Shown here: positions 1 to 12,680 of the stretch, piece after piece
Layout: each line of letters begins with the position of its first letter
How positions within the stretch are numbered: the first letter of the stretch is position 1
Assembly (NCBI GenBank): GCA_951406725.2
Contig: OX597827.1
Span: forward strand, 55,490,001-55,554,000
Reading direction: 5' to 3'
DNA length: 64,000 nt
Source: Octopus vulgaris
Lineage: Eukaryota
The notes under the pieces: generated by a model
Database searches by the model: none
Seen by the model: the letters and a program-made list of their open reading frames with translations, nothing else
Told to the model about the DNA's origin: nothing
Translations under genes and position numbers: made by a program

Positions 1-675
1 AGGTCACTGACATTTCACAAGCAACATCGCAGGCCTGAAGTCACTACATGTGGCAGTCATAACTGAGCATCGTAGGTCAATGACATTTCACAAGCAACAT
101 CGAAACGTCGCAGGCCTGAAGTCACTACATGTGGCAGTCATAACTGAGCATCGTAGGTCATTGACATTTCACAAGCAACATCGAAACGTCGCAGGTCTGA
201 AGTCACTACATGTGGCAGTCATAACTGAGCATCGTAGGTCACTGACATTTCACAAGCAACATCGAAACGTCGCAGGCCTGAAGTCACTACATGTATCAGT
301 CATAACTGAGCATCGTAGGTCACTGACATTTCTCAAGCAACATCGAAACATCGCAGGCCTGAAGTCACTACATGTGGCAGTCATAACTGAGCATCGTAGG
401 TCATTGACATTTCACAAGCAACATCGAAAACGTCGCAGGCCTGAAGTCACTACACGTGGCAGTCATAACTGAGCATCGTAGGTCATTGACATTTCACAAG
501 CAACATCGAAACGTAGCAGGCCTGAAGTCACTACATGTGGCAGTCATAACTGAGCATCGTAGGTCATTGACATTTCACAAGCAACATCGAAACGTAGCAG
601 GCCTGAAGTCACTACATGTGGCAGTCATAACTGAGCATCGTAGGTCATTGACATTTCACAAGCAACATCGAAACG
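1..675. repeat. 81-bp minisatellite, ~8.3 near-identical copies, runs off the window start
   Basis: Unit catgtggcagtcataactgagcatcgtaggtcaNtgacatttcacaagcaacatcgaaacgtcgcaggcctgaagtcacta repeated head-to-tail; 8-bp deletion near 28 and 1-bp insertion near 428. Confidence 0.97.
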
Positions 676-994
676 TTAATCATCTTAAATAGTCCTGACC
701 ACATGCAAGCAAGCAAAACGTATGGATCGTCACATCAGTATAATCACTATCATAGATGTAGATAAATAAGTAGAATATATGCAGATGTTGACAAGATTCG
801 TTTGTCAACACTCACTAGCTGCCGTATTTCATGCAGATGACGCCCCATAAGTATTTATCTTCGCCACCAACAACAGTTCGACTAAACAAGAGATGTTGGT
901 AGAACTAATTCGAAATACGTGTAAAACAAACTGGAGCATTCATTCTATAATGCTAACTTTGATACACTAATTAACAAAGAATGACATACTGAAA

Positions 995-1279
995 GAATAC
1001 TCGGCATTCTTTCGATATAACTCGACAAAATCAAAACATTTCACTTTGGGTGTTTCCGTGGAAGCAAATGACAGTTCGATTCTGTTTTCTGCTTGGAAAT
1101 TTGCGGAATTTACATACACACATGAAACAGGTATGAACAAATATGCAAGGCTTTTTTTTTTCTTCAAGAGACATTGCTGGCATAATTTCGTTATATCTAT
1201 ACTCCACAACCCACGGAAAATACACGAAGTAAAATGTTTTTGATTTTGTCGCGTTATATCGAAAGAATGCCGAATACTC
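995..1279. mobile_element. MITE-like foldback element with ~50-65-bp terminal inverted repeats
   Basis: gaatactcggcattctttcgatataactcgacaaaatcaaaacatttcactt (995-) matches the reverse complement of aagtaaaatgtttttgattttgtcgcgttatatcgaaagaatgccgaatactc (-1279); no clear TSD. Confidence 0.75.
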
Positions 1280-2455
1280 CAACTAATGAGTCCAAACACA
1301 TTGAGAAAACGAAAAACCATGTTGGAAGGAATATCGATAGGAAGAAGAGATAACAATGTCACGTGGGCTAACGAGTTTGAGCCGATTGTAGAGAGGAGAC
1401 GTCTGCGAGAAATTATGACTAATAACATCGTATATATCATATATTATCTTTAATTATTTATTTTTTCAGTCGCAATATAGATGATTAAATCATTGATATT
1501 ATTGTCTTCCATCAGGATAATGATTTACATTTTTTCTATCTCATTTAACCCTTCGATAACGAAACAGCTGGACACCAACCACGCTTCCACATTAAACCGT
1601 TTTTTTTTTCTTTTCATATTTATTCATCACTCTGATCCACATAAAAATAAACACATTAATTTTAAACAGAATAGTTTTATATCCAAACTAAAAATTTACT
1701 GAAGTATAAATAACGCTAAATTTGCAGAGGATTGTTACATTTTCGCTTGTCTTATTAGCGCTACCACATGTGGCAAAAAGTTCCGACCACCTTACAGAAC
1801 CTAATCTAATAATTTTCCCTGATTTATCCAATGTGACATCTATTGTCTTTACTTGTAGAATAATTAAAATACAATGGTCGAGTAAAATATCAATTGGTAC
1901 GTTGATTCGAGCTTTTAGCGCACAAATCCCAAATTATGCTGCGAAACTTGCCGCCAAAAACAAAATCCCTTCGGATAATGCAACTGAATTAAACTGGAGG
2001 AAATGAATCAAGAAAACAAAGTGAATCGGACAGATACAAAAAAAGAGAAATAAAATTGCTGACAGTGGGAATTGTTATTTTTTAACATAGTTATTCATGA
2101 ATATTTAAATGTACGGACTGAAATCATGGAGATTTTCCATACTTGAATTTAATTAATTTTTTTAAATTTTGATATTTCGCGTTAGTGAAACGATTTTTTC
2201 AATCCACTGAATCATTTGTATCAATAAATAAATGTAGCATATGATGGCAAGAGCTGACAAAGCAAAAAACCACATAAAATGCACCTAATTCTTTTTTCTT
2301 TTTTTTAAAACCAGGTTATGATTATTGGTTAAGTGGTACCGTAAAGATCGTTTAAAGTGGTCGACATAAGACAGGGGATGTAGAGATGTTTACGTTGAAA
2401 GACGGACAATAGCAAACACTTCTAATCAAATAGGAATTAAATACAAAATACCTAC

Positions 2456-2509
2456 CTTATCAGAGTTGACAACCTTTACTTCGACACCTTGTACTTGGTC
2501 CGTTGCCAT
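2456..2509 (-). CDS. Probable first coding exon of an unidentified minus-strand gene (MATDQVQGVEVKVVNSDK, phase-0 intron follows)
   Basis: caagATGGC start context, 18 open codons, then AAG|GTAGGT donor; lies in a CpG-rich, repeat-free region. Downstream exons not identified in the window. Confidence 0.5.
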
Positions 2510-5299
2510 CTTGCCGAATGTGTCGTCATTGGAAAGTCAACAAGTCTAAAACAGTAATTATCTCCCTTGCTTTCCTATCTCGTTCACTATATTTTCCGAA
2601 TTAGGAAATCTAACTTACAGAATATTTTAGGAGAAAACCGTCTGTTCTTTTATGTTCTTTTTAATGGTTGTTGGTTTCCTACAAAAAATACAATGCTTCT
2701 TAATTACTTTGGGGTGTTAAATTCTTTGACGTTTCAGACTTTTTTTAAGAGCGAAGTGATGGCTTTGATTCAGAATTGAAACTGGGTCGTGGATTCTGCT
2801 CCCTGGAAGATTACCTCTCTGCAGGGAAAATATTGCTCTTTCAATTTTGTTGTTGAAAATTAGAAGCATTGTTGCATTCTTCTGTTACGTCCCTTGTGTC
2901 TCATTCTGTCCCATTTTCTTTTCTTTCTTTCTTTTTTTTTTTTTGTAAGATTCTACCATGAATTGAGTTTTAAATCTAAATTAATAAATCAACTGTGAAA
3001 AAGTTGCCAAAGCATGCTTACTTGATGGGCTACAAAAATAGCAGCCTAATTTCCTTGAACAAATGATTAAATTTCTTACCTCTCTCTCCCCTTAGGTTTT
3101 ATTTATTTATTTATTTATAAGACAGATAGAAACAAATTAGAGAAATAACAATCTGTTTCTTATCTCATCTTTTAACATCCATTCTCCATGCTGGCAAGGA
3201 TTGGATGGTTCGACAGGAGTTGGCCAGCTGAAGAGCTACTCTGGCTTCATTTGTCTGTTTTTACAAGGTTTCTACAGCTGGATGCCCTTGCCAACGCAAA
3301 CCACTTTACAGCATGTACTGGGTACTTTTACATAGCACTAGCATGGGTGCTTTTTACATGGTACTGGCACCCATGAGCCCACATGGCTAGGATCTCTTGA
3401 CTGAGATAAGGATATTGTGCAAGTACCTGTATGCATGAAAAGTCACAATTCTAATTAGCTTGGCATTATGATTTGCAAATAAATGTTGGGTTACTAGTAA
3501 ATAGATGAATTTCAGATTAAACCACAGACCATGTATTTGTTGTATATATATGAAAATTTGATAACTGTTTACAACAATTAAATGTTTTGACATACAACCG
3601 ATTGAGGTGTGTATTGTGTTGGGCAGCATATATAATGATGTGTACAAGTATAAACTGTAGATAATGTGTGAAAAGAAGAACACGTATAGTTGTGTGTGTA
3701 TATGACAGGTAGTTAGCTAGTCAATCATTAGTAATGGCTATTTCACATGTTGATGATGATGACAAAGGGACAAAAGAAGGCCTTGTCTTTTGTGTTAGTA
3801 GTAGTGAAGAAAGGCCTTTTCCCTTTGGCTTGGAAAAGACAAATAGCACTCCTCCAGTTTGGCCTAGGATGAAAGGAAACAACATTGTTTTGTGTGGTTG
3901 TGTCAATCACAAAAGTAATGCCAACTTCTAGGAATGATATATCTGAGTCTGCTTATATTGTGAAGTTTAAACAAATTATTTTATGAGACAGAGGTTGTAA
4001 AGATTGAGTAGAACTTTCAAAAGCAGGTGTCTTGTTTCCATTGCAGGTAACAAGGATGACGTTGATCAGAACAATGGGAAAACACAGTCAAGATTTACTA
4101 TAAGCAAAGTGAAACATTATTGGACTAGATTTCAACAAGGTTTACTGTTGCATTTTCTATTCAGTTTCACAAATGAATGATATCAATAATAATAATAATA
4201 AGACTTTGAAACATATAGAGGGAATAAATTTATAACATGATATAATATTTAGGAAATTAGGGAAATATTGTTCTTTTTTATTTTACACTTCATCTTTTTA
4301 CTGGAACTAGCAAAGATGAATTTAAAATGTGTTCTTGATTGGGCTTTTCCAAGACACCAACAAATTCTCTATTATCCTTGCTGATTAGGGCTATGAACAG
4401 GAAAACATGATTGAAGAAATATTCTGGTAGTGAAACTATGTGGATGGTTTCCTATATCTTGTAACTCTTGACAATCACAACTACTTATAAAATCAGTGAT
4501 AGCTGTAGCATGCACCCTGGGGGATTACAGGTAAGAATAAATACTAGAAATTTGTTAAGAAAGTGCTTTATGTGCATAGCCACACCATCATGTGTAACAT
4601 GATTTTGCCCTTCAATAGCAACTGTTATTTCCTATTTGCTTACCCCTAGACAGTATGCAAAATGACTAATATTTCCTTTAAACTTTGCTTTTGTTCTGTT
4701 TATTCAAATCCCAAAGAATCCCTCTCAACACATGGCTATGATACACATGGCTATGATACTCCCCCACTACTGCTCATGATCAGAGATGCACATATTCTCA
4801 GCCACTAAGGGACATGCTCAAGTGGTCAAGGTAAAGCAAAACTGTGCTATTGAGCAAAATATTTGCTATAATGATATTTCTGCTTCAGCAACTCAGTACT
4901 GAATTTGTCTGAAATGAAGTGGAAAATAGGTCAGTTTCAAAACATTAATGTCCAGGTCACAAAAACAATGCTTGAAAGGAATAGTAGACATTCCTTTTGA
5001 TTTCTAGATAGAAGTAAACAGGAAATAATACTTATTGACCAAAAACAAAAAAAATTCAAATTTTGTTACACCGGGTATTACAGTCAAGAGAAATTCTTTT
5101 TACCTCTTCAAAAACTTTATCTCAATTAATTCTCAACAGTAAAAGAAAAGCACTTTAGAACAATGCGATATTCTTTAGTCTGCTATACATATCGATCCAG
5201 AACCCAGAAAGTGACTTGGTTGAGATCTTAGCACATGAAATACTACCTTCCCTTTTAGAGTTGGGTGAACTTCAGTTGCCATATAAAGCCTAATTATCT

Positions 5300-5960
5300 G
5301 AAATTATCTGAGTTTTCCAGACAACCAAAGCCACCTTCTATGAATATGCTGACAAGGTATTTATACCTTACATGAAGAAGCAGCTGCAAGTTGTCATGAG
5401 ATTGAATGAGATATGCACATATATACAAGAAAGGGTCAAACAAGATCAAACTGTCAGGCAGTTTAGATGGACATCTGGCATGACCCAGTCATTAAGAAAG
5501 AGCCTTTTCCCATTTTGACTATCAAGATTCAAGAGTCCAATTTGCTTTCAGCCCATGTTGTGCTTGTTATGTCAGGATAAGCTGTAATATTGACAGTTCC
5601 AGCATCTCCATCCAAAACAACAATCATGAGTAGGTGAACACCAAGATTATAGTTCTTGTACTGCATGTACAGGAGCATAGGGAAAACACTATTCAATTAG
5701 GTAATATAGACACAGATATAATTATTTTGGTAGACATATTCCATGATGTGACAACAGCTCTACCTTTGGTGGACAATAGTGGCTTTGTAATGAGCAAAAA
5801 TTACAAGTTTTACCCCACCAAATAGCAAGAGTACCAGAACCATCACAAGAAGCCTAGAAGTGTTATGATCAAGGACATCATCCACAGTCCATGTATTTCT
5901 AGATTGTGAGACAATCTCTGCTTTCAACAGCAAGAGCAAGCAGTCAGTGTAGCAGGCCTG
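5300..5960 (+). pseudogene. Decayed DNA-transposon ORF, XPG/FEN1-like nuclease region of Academ (AcademX) type
   Basis: Fragments TFYEYADKVFIP, NNHE*VNTKII...IDTDIIIL and FLDCETISAFNSKSKQSV*Q follow the order of the recalled HEEADT / DTDV / FTGCDTTSAF.GKGK..AW motifs; stops and frameshifts present. Confidence 0.55.
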
Positions 5961-5999
5961 ACAGATCTATAAAGGCACCACAAGTCAAGCAACTGAGAC

Positions 6000-6520
6000 C
6001 ATTGGAAATATGCTGTGCTTGAGAAGACCCAACAAGCCAAGTGGAATCAAAGCCGTGACCTATGTCAGTGTCACATAAATGGCCCATTTAAGAGTACTCT
6101 TCAATCATAGGGCAATATGCTGCTCTTGAGAAGACCTGTTGAGTCAAGTGAAATCATTGTTGTGGCTGATGCCAGTACCGCCTGAGTGGCATCTCTGCCT
6201 GTGGCATGTAAAAAGCACCATTCGAGCATGGTTGATGCCAGTGCCACCTGACTGGTTCCTATGCCAGTGGTACATAAAAAGCACCATTTGAGCATGGTCA
6301 ATGTCAGTGCTGTCTGACTGGCCCCCATGCCGGTGGCACATAAAAAGCACCCACTACACTCTTGGAGTGGTTGGTGTTAGGAAGAGTATCCAACTGTAGA
6401 AACCTTGCCAGATCAGATTGGAGCTTGGTGTAGCCTCCTGGCTTGCCAGTCTTCAGTCAAACTGTCCAACCCGTGCCAGTATGAAAAGCAGACATTAAAC
6501 AATGATGATGAGGATGATGA
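6000..6520 (+). mobile_element. RTE-tail retroposon (LINE 3' end or SINE-like) with internal ~65-bp tandem units, ending in (GAT)n
   Basis: Repeated gtggcacgtaaaaagcaccatt...gccagt-like units, then tail gtggttggtgttaggaag...aaagcagacattaaacaatgatgatg; related copies at ~3165-3380(-), 8640-8908, 13285-13560, 44716-44965(-), 55605-55800. Confidence 0.75.
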
Positions 6521-7320
6521 CAACAGTCTTCTATCAGTTTTTGTCTACCAAATCCACCCACAAGGCTTTGGTCGGCCTGAAGCTACATTAGAAGACATTT
6601 GCCCAAGATGCCATACAATGGGACTGAACCCAGAACCATGCAGTTGGGAAGGAAACTTCTTAGGACACAACTATGCCTGTGCCTATCTACATAACCACAC
6701 CTGCACCTGTAGTTATTTTAATAAAGAATTCATGTCATAGATACCTGGCATCCATGACAAGAATTTATTTAATAATTTTATTTTGTTTGCTTTTGGTTTG
6801 TATATTTTTAATGCATATTTAAAAAAAAGAACTCCATTGGACTCCTTTGCTAATATTTTTAATAGCACTTAAGGGAATCTGATGCTGAATATGTTGTTTT
6901 TATCCACCCTAGTAACTAATAGTAATTTCCCTAAGCCACTTGACTATTTGGGTTGTGACAGCATACAGTTAGTAAATTTAAAGAAGTATAAACCTGGAGA
7001 AGAGACAGCATGATAGTGATGGTAGTGTTTGCTGACTGTTGATGATTAAAAGCTTACCTATAAGCTGGATGACTCTCTTTTAGATGGCAGTAGCTAATGC
7101 TGCGTATGTAGCAATTTATGTCAAGTATTACACAATGCTAGCATGTCAAATTATCACATACTCATGTTTTGAGAGAAGGAGAAGGCTTAAACATCCGCAG
7201 ATGTAATGGATGTACACGTTTATGTTTTAATATAATCCTCTGTGTATGTGTATGTAATGGATTTTCCATCTCAATTATGTATATATGCTGATGCAAAACA
7301 ACACTATTGTCATTGAATCT

Positions 7321-8550
7321 TCATCATCATCATCATCATCATCGTCGTCGTCGTCGTCATCGTTTTATGCCTGCCTTCCATGCTAGCATGAGTGAGATGG
7401 TTTCACAAGAGTCGGCGAGGCAGAAGCCTGCACCTAACTTCTGTGACTGTTTTGACAGGATTTTTACAGCTGGGTGCCCTTCCTGACCACAACAAATCAG
7501 CAGAGTGGACTTAGTGCTTGCACAAACAAAGGCGAGGTCAGTTTTGGACTGGGTACTTTTGAGTGGCATCTACACTGACAGGGTCACCAAGTACTTGCAA
7601 GACAAAAAAAAAAAAAAACTTTCAAGAGGGAAGGGGTCATTGGAGGAGGTAACCTTGTGTTGGATGATGAAAGGTTAGAGTGAGGCAAAGAGACGGACAC
7701 AGATGTTTTGCTGCAGAGGAAGTACAAGGTTACCCAGCCAGAGGGAAAGAGAGAGAGATCAGGAATGAAGACAGAAACAGATGCACTACCGCAAAAGAAA
7801 TACATGGTTACCCAACCTGAGGGAAGTGCAGGAGAAGGAGAGAGTGAGAGACAGCAGGATAGAGATGGTGGCAAAATGCTAGGCATACTCACAAGGAAAG
7901 GGGATCAGAATATAGATGGGATGATTGAGTAAAGGAAGGGAGAGATATAGATGGTGGCAAGTGCCAGGGCATACCTTTGAGGTTCAAAGGTCATAATACA
8001 AGTGGCAGGATATTGCGAAGGAAGTGTGAGTAAGTGGCAAAAAACCTGGGTATATATAGGGTCAGGGATATATAGCACTGATAGAGAGGAACAGGGCCGT
8101 AAGGACAGGATTGGTGAGTGAGAGCTAGGCATAGTGTATGAAGGAGGAAATGTAAGAAAGAGAAGAGAAGTGGAGATGTAGATTGGTTTGTTGGGGTAGG
8201 GTGAGTGAAAAATTTTCTTGTTATGTGTGGGCGGGACACACAGGACAGGGGCTATCAGATAGCAGTAACACAGTAAGACAAGACATATGGGTAGAACACA
8301 CAGGTTAGGGGCAAGCGGGAGCAATGATACAGTGGCACAAGATTGGGAAGTGGGAAGTAAGCATAGTGCATGAAATGGAAATGTGAAGAAGAGGAGAGAT
8401 GTAGAGACATAGTTTGGTTTGTTGTGGTAGAGTGTGTGAGTTTTCTTGCTAAGTGTGGGTGGGACACACAGTGCTTTTAGAACTCAGTTTTGCTGACATG
8501 GGCAGGCCTTCGCCAGATATCTCGGTCCATTGTCATTTCCTTCGTGAGGA
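7321..8550 (-). mobile_element. 3' end of an RTE-clade LINE with long, internally duplicated 3' UTR
   Basis: Minus strand near 8550 encodes LTKEMTMDRDIWR (RTE ORF end); diverged ~110-bp direct duplication (8128-8240 vs 8361-8468); shared RTE tail and (GAT)n at 7321-7500. Confidence 0.6.
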
Positions 8551-9462
8551 CAAACTACTTTTTTATTATGTACATATTAGCACACTGGTGTAGGATCAAA
8601 TCAGATTCTTTCTAATACAACCATATGAGTGAGATCTTTGCCAGAGCAACAAGCTGGCCTTTGTGTCGATGGCACGTTAAGCAAACCATTCGAGCGTGAT
8701 CGTTACCGCGTCTCCTTACTAGCACTTGTGCTTGTGAAATATTCGAGTGAGGTTGTTGCCAGTACCGCTGGACTGGCTCATGTGCAGGTGGCACGTAAAA
8801 AGCACCATTTGGGCATGGCCGTTGCCAGTACCACCAAACTGGCCCTTGTGCCTGTGGCACGTAAAAGCACCCACTACACTCTTGGAGTGGTTGGCATTAG
8901 GAAGGGTATCGTTGGCTTAGTGATACACTATAATTTAGTCAGTATGAGAGAAAGAGGGGTCACCATCTTGTTAGCAACAAGAAAATAGAAATTCATGAGA
9001 CGCTTGTAATAAGTCATAACTTTTATTACTAGAGTGTGTGCATGAGAAGGTGTAAAGTGCAGCAGCTTGACTCAATTGATAAGTACCAATAATATATTAA
9101 GTTCACTTCAGTTCAACTGATTGTACTCTTTGCTTCAAGAACTCACCATGAATAATTAAAAATAATGAACCCATGCTGTTATGGACAAACCGATGCAAAA
9201 GGAAATAAGAATAACAGCTTAATAAATAAGAGCCATGAATATGGTGAATTATAATAAATTAGTATGAGTTCAGTCTTGACTCAATGGAAAAACTCTACAT
9301 GCAAACACAAGCATGGCTGAGTGGTTGAGAAACTTGCTTCACAACCCTGTGGTTTTGGGTTCAGTCCCACTGTGCAGCACCTTGGGCAAGTGTGTTCTAG
9401 TGTGGCCTGCAGGCTGACCAAAGCCTTGTGAGTGGATTTGATAAGCGGAAACTGAAAGAAGC

Positions 9463-9698
9463 AGAAGGCGGTGGGCTGGAAGAAATGTTAGCATGCCGGG
9501 TGAAATGCTTAGTGGTATTTCGTCTGCCGTTACGTTCTGAGTTCAAATTCCGCCAAGGTTGATTTTGCCTTTCATCATTTTGGGGTCGATAAATTAAGTA
9601 CCAGTAGTGTACTGGGGTCGATGTAATCAACTTAATCCCTTTGTCTGTCTGTGTTTGTTCCTTCAATGTTTAGCCCCTTGTGGGCAATAAAGAAATAA
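9463..9698 (+). mobile_element. tRNA-derived SINE (family 2) inserted in a family-1 SINE
   Basis: A-box/B-box-like head (ggcggtgggctgg...gagttcaaattcc); 15-bp TSD gaaactgaaagaagc at 9448-9462 and 9699-9713. Confidence 0.9.
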
Positions 9699-10254
9699 GA
9701 AACTGAAAGAAGCCCATCTTATATATATATATATCATTATCATCATTATCATTAACATTTAATGTCTGTTTTCCATACTGACATGGATTGGATGGCTTGA
9801 CAGAAACTAGCAAGGCCACAGATTGCACCAAGTTCCATAGTCTGTTTTGGATTGGTTTCTACAGCTGGAGGGGGTGGAGGGGAGGAGAGGTATGTGATGG
9901 CTAGAATTATGAAATTATGAAACTAAAAAAGTGCTTGAAAGATGAAAAGGAAAAAAAAAAAAGAGACTAAAATGCAGTTTTTATCAATCTTAGAGATATA
10001 TTGTTGTTGTTTTGTTATGTACACTTCAATGTGTCTGACTTCATTACTTCTTGTTATAAATAAATCAAAAGATACAGGACTCAACGGTTCTATCTCTTTC
10101 TCTAACTGTCAAATAAACACGAATCTCTTATTTTTATCTCACATTTACATTTAATTTTGTTAATATCTTCTCCCTTTGTGTTTGTTGTTTGTTTTGAATC
10201 TTATTTTTCCGTTTCGGTTAAGTGTACTTTCAGACATGAATGCAGAGTTTTGAA

Positions 10255-10278
10255 ATTACTGTGTGTATGCATGTGTTC

Positions 10279-10309
<31 letters not shown>

Positions 10310-10506
10310 TACATATATATGAAAATATACATGTAAATACTTATATATATATATATGTTCAAATACACACATTCATATGTGTGTGTGTATGTATAAACAT
10401 ATATATACATATATGTATGTATGTATATGTGTGTATATATATATATATACATACATAAACCTATATATATATATATATATATATATACATGCATATATGT
10501 ATATAC

Positions 10507-10537
<31 letters not shown>

Positions 10538-10670
10538 TGTATACATACATATATGTGTATGTATGAATATATATATTTATATATATATGTGTTCATGTGC
10601 ACATATATACATACATACATGCGCATGCACACACACAAACATTTATGTTTGTATGTATGCATGCATGCAT
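10255..10670. repeat. Compound (TA)n/(CA)n/(TG)n microsatellite
   Basis: Directly visible; source of the spurious YIYI/VCVC ORFs. Confidence 0.95.
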
Positions 10671-11220
10671 AAAAACAGGTAACGTTATTTAACAGACTTA
10701 TTGAGAAATATTTAGTAAACGTTTCATTTTATTATTTTGCTTTAGCTTTCTACTCGTTTTCGTAATATATAGAATTTGCTTGTTTATTTTAATCTTAATA
10801 GAATGTAAATCAATTTTATTCTATTTTATTTTGCTTTTATATGGTTTTGCTTTCCATTAAAAATTATTTCCCTCACTTACTCCTCAACCAATAGAAAATA
10901 AAAAAGGAAGAAAATAGAAGAAAGAGCAAAGCATTTGTCTCACCTTTCTCCTAGTTCCCCACTTCCAACATTATGGTCTTATAATTTATCAGTTCTCAGT
11001 TTGACACAGATATTATCTTTTGGCAGTTCATGCCAGTTTGGTTGATGATTACAATGTTATATAATTTTATTTGAATATTTATTTCTCTATTCAGATGGGT
11101 TTCCTATGATTTGTTTCATATTTTTTTTCTTTTGTTTTATTATTGTCTGTATTCCAAAGACATTTTGTTATTGTTGTTTTTTTTTTAAGTATGGTGACAG
11201 CTTACAGAATCTTCAATTAC

Positions 11221-11588
11221 TCTCTTTACTTGTTTCAGTCATTTGACTGTGGCCATGCTGGAGCACCGCCTTTAGTCGAGCACATCGATGCCAGGACTTA
11301 TTCTTTGTAAGCCTAGTACCTATTCTATCGGTCCCTTTTGCCAAACCGCTAGGTTACGGTGACGTAAACACACCAGCATTGGTTGTCAAGTGATGTTGGG
11401 GGGACAAACACACATACATATATACGACGGGGCTTCTTTCAGTTTCTGTCTACCAAATTCACTCACAAGGCTTTGGTCGGCCCGAGGCTATAGTAGAAGA
11501 CACTTGCCCAAGATACCACACAGTGGGACTGAACCTGGAACCATGTGGTTCATAAGTAAGCTACTTACCACACAGCCACTCCTACGCC
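11221..11588 (-). mobile_element. Full-length octopus-type tRNA-derived SINE (family 1)
   Basis: Reverse complement of the element at 45735-46125 (head ggcgtaggagtggctgtgtggtaag, B-box ggttcagtccc, tail gactgaaacaagtaaaga). Confidence 0.92.
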
Positions 11589-11682
11589 TTTATTAAGATC
11601 TTCACAATAATAATCATCGCTGTTATGTATGATACAGTGTTATATAGCATAGAAGAGTTGTGTAGTACTGTATGGTCTAGAC

Positions 11683-11869
11683 CAGTGCTCTGCAACCGGC
11701 ATGCTACGACACACTTGTGTGCCACGAGACGATGCTAGGTGTGCTGCTGTGTAACCTGAATATAATTTTATCTCCTATGTTTTCAGTAATATTTTTTGTT
11801 CAGGTGTGCTGCTAAAATTTTGGAAAGAATATAAGTGTATTGCCAGTTGAAAAAGGTTGCAGAGCACTG
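11683..11869. mobile_element. hAT (Charlie-like) MITE, 187 bp
   Basis: Perfect 15-bp TIR CAGTGCTCTGCAACC / GGTTGCAGAGCACTG; 8-bp TSD gtctagac at 11675-11682 and 11870-11877 (NTCTAGAN target typical of Charlie). Confidence 0.92.
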
Positions 11870-12044
11870 GTCTAGACATATGGTGGAAAGTTGTTAAGTG
11901 TGGAAGAATGGTTTGATATTGAACTGTCTAGAAGTGTATTGTGATGTGAAGTATAAAAGTGATGTGTAATTTTATGTGGAGAGCTGGACTGTTGAGAAAT
12001 ATGTACTGTAGTAGTATGGCGAGCAGGGCCAAGTTAACAGCATT

Positions 12045-12680
12045 ACAGGCCCCTTAGCAAATCATTGCACTGCACCTAATAGTATTTATTCATTGACAAG
12101 CAAGCTATAGAATACATAGATCGGAATTGAGCCTCTAGACCTGTGAGGCCTCTGTGCAAATCAATGCACTGGGTCCTATAGTATTTATTTATTGACAGCA
12201 CGCCACAAAATACATAGATTAGAATAGGGCCCTTAGACTTGTGAAGTCCCCCCAAAAAATCTGTTCACTGGGCCCTATAGTATTTATTCATTGAGGGTTA
12301 GCTGCATTATTCATAGATTAGAATTGAGCCCCTGGAGGTGAAGCCCCCGAGAAAATCAGTACACTTGGCCCTGTAGTATTTATTTATTGAGAGTAAGCCA
12401 CATTATTCATAGATTGGAATAGGGCCCCTAGACCTATGAACTCCCTGAGAAAATCAGTACATTGGATCCAATAGTATTTAACTATTGTCAGCAAGCCACA
12501 GTATACATAGATTAGTATTGAGCCCCTGAAAAAGTCAGTTCACTGGGTTCTATAATATTTATTTATTGATAGCAATCCACAGAATACATAGATTAGAATT
12601 GAGCCCCTAAAGTTGTGAGGCCCCTGAGAAAATCAGCCACTGTATGCATAGATTACAATTGGGCCTCTAGACCATTGAAG
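12045..12680. repeat. Diverged ~98-bp tandem repeat, 6-7 copies
   Basis: Recurring gtatttatt(c/t)attga...tacatagattagaat(t/a)g(a/g)gcccc starting near 12082, 12181, 12280, 12376, 12474, 12555. Confidence 0.85.

Noticed and set aside
1-675. CRISPR array or repeat protein (ORFs 50-472, 456-692)
   Set aside because: Units are contiguous with no unique spacers and no cas genes; the ORF is broken by a 1-bp insertion and all minus frames contain stops
967-1440. 157-aa minus-strand ORF
   Set aside because: Overlaps the inverted-repeat element; no recognisable domain
1690-2006. Overlapping open frames on both strands as a possible exon 2 of the minus-strand gene
   Set aside because: No convincing splice acceptor/donor pair and no recognisable protein motif
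10201-10682. YIYI/VCVC/THTH ORFs here and at 13.9, 18.5-19.1, 21.2, 29.4 and 42.2 kb
   Set aside because: Translations of dinucleotide microsatellites
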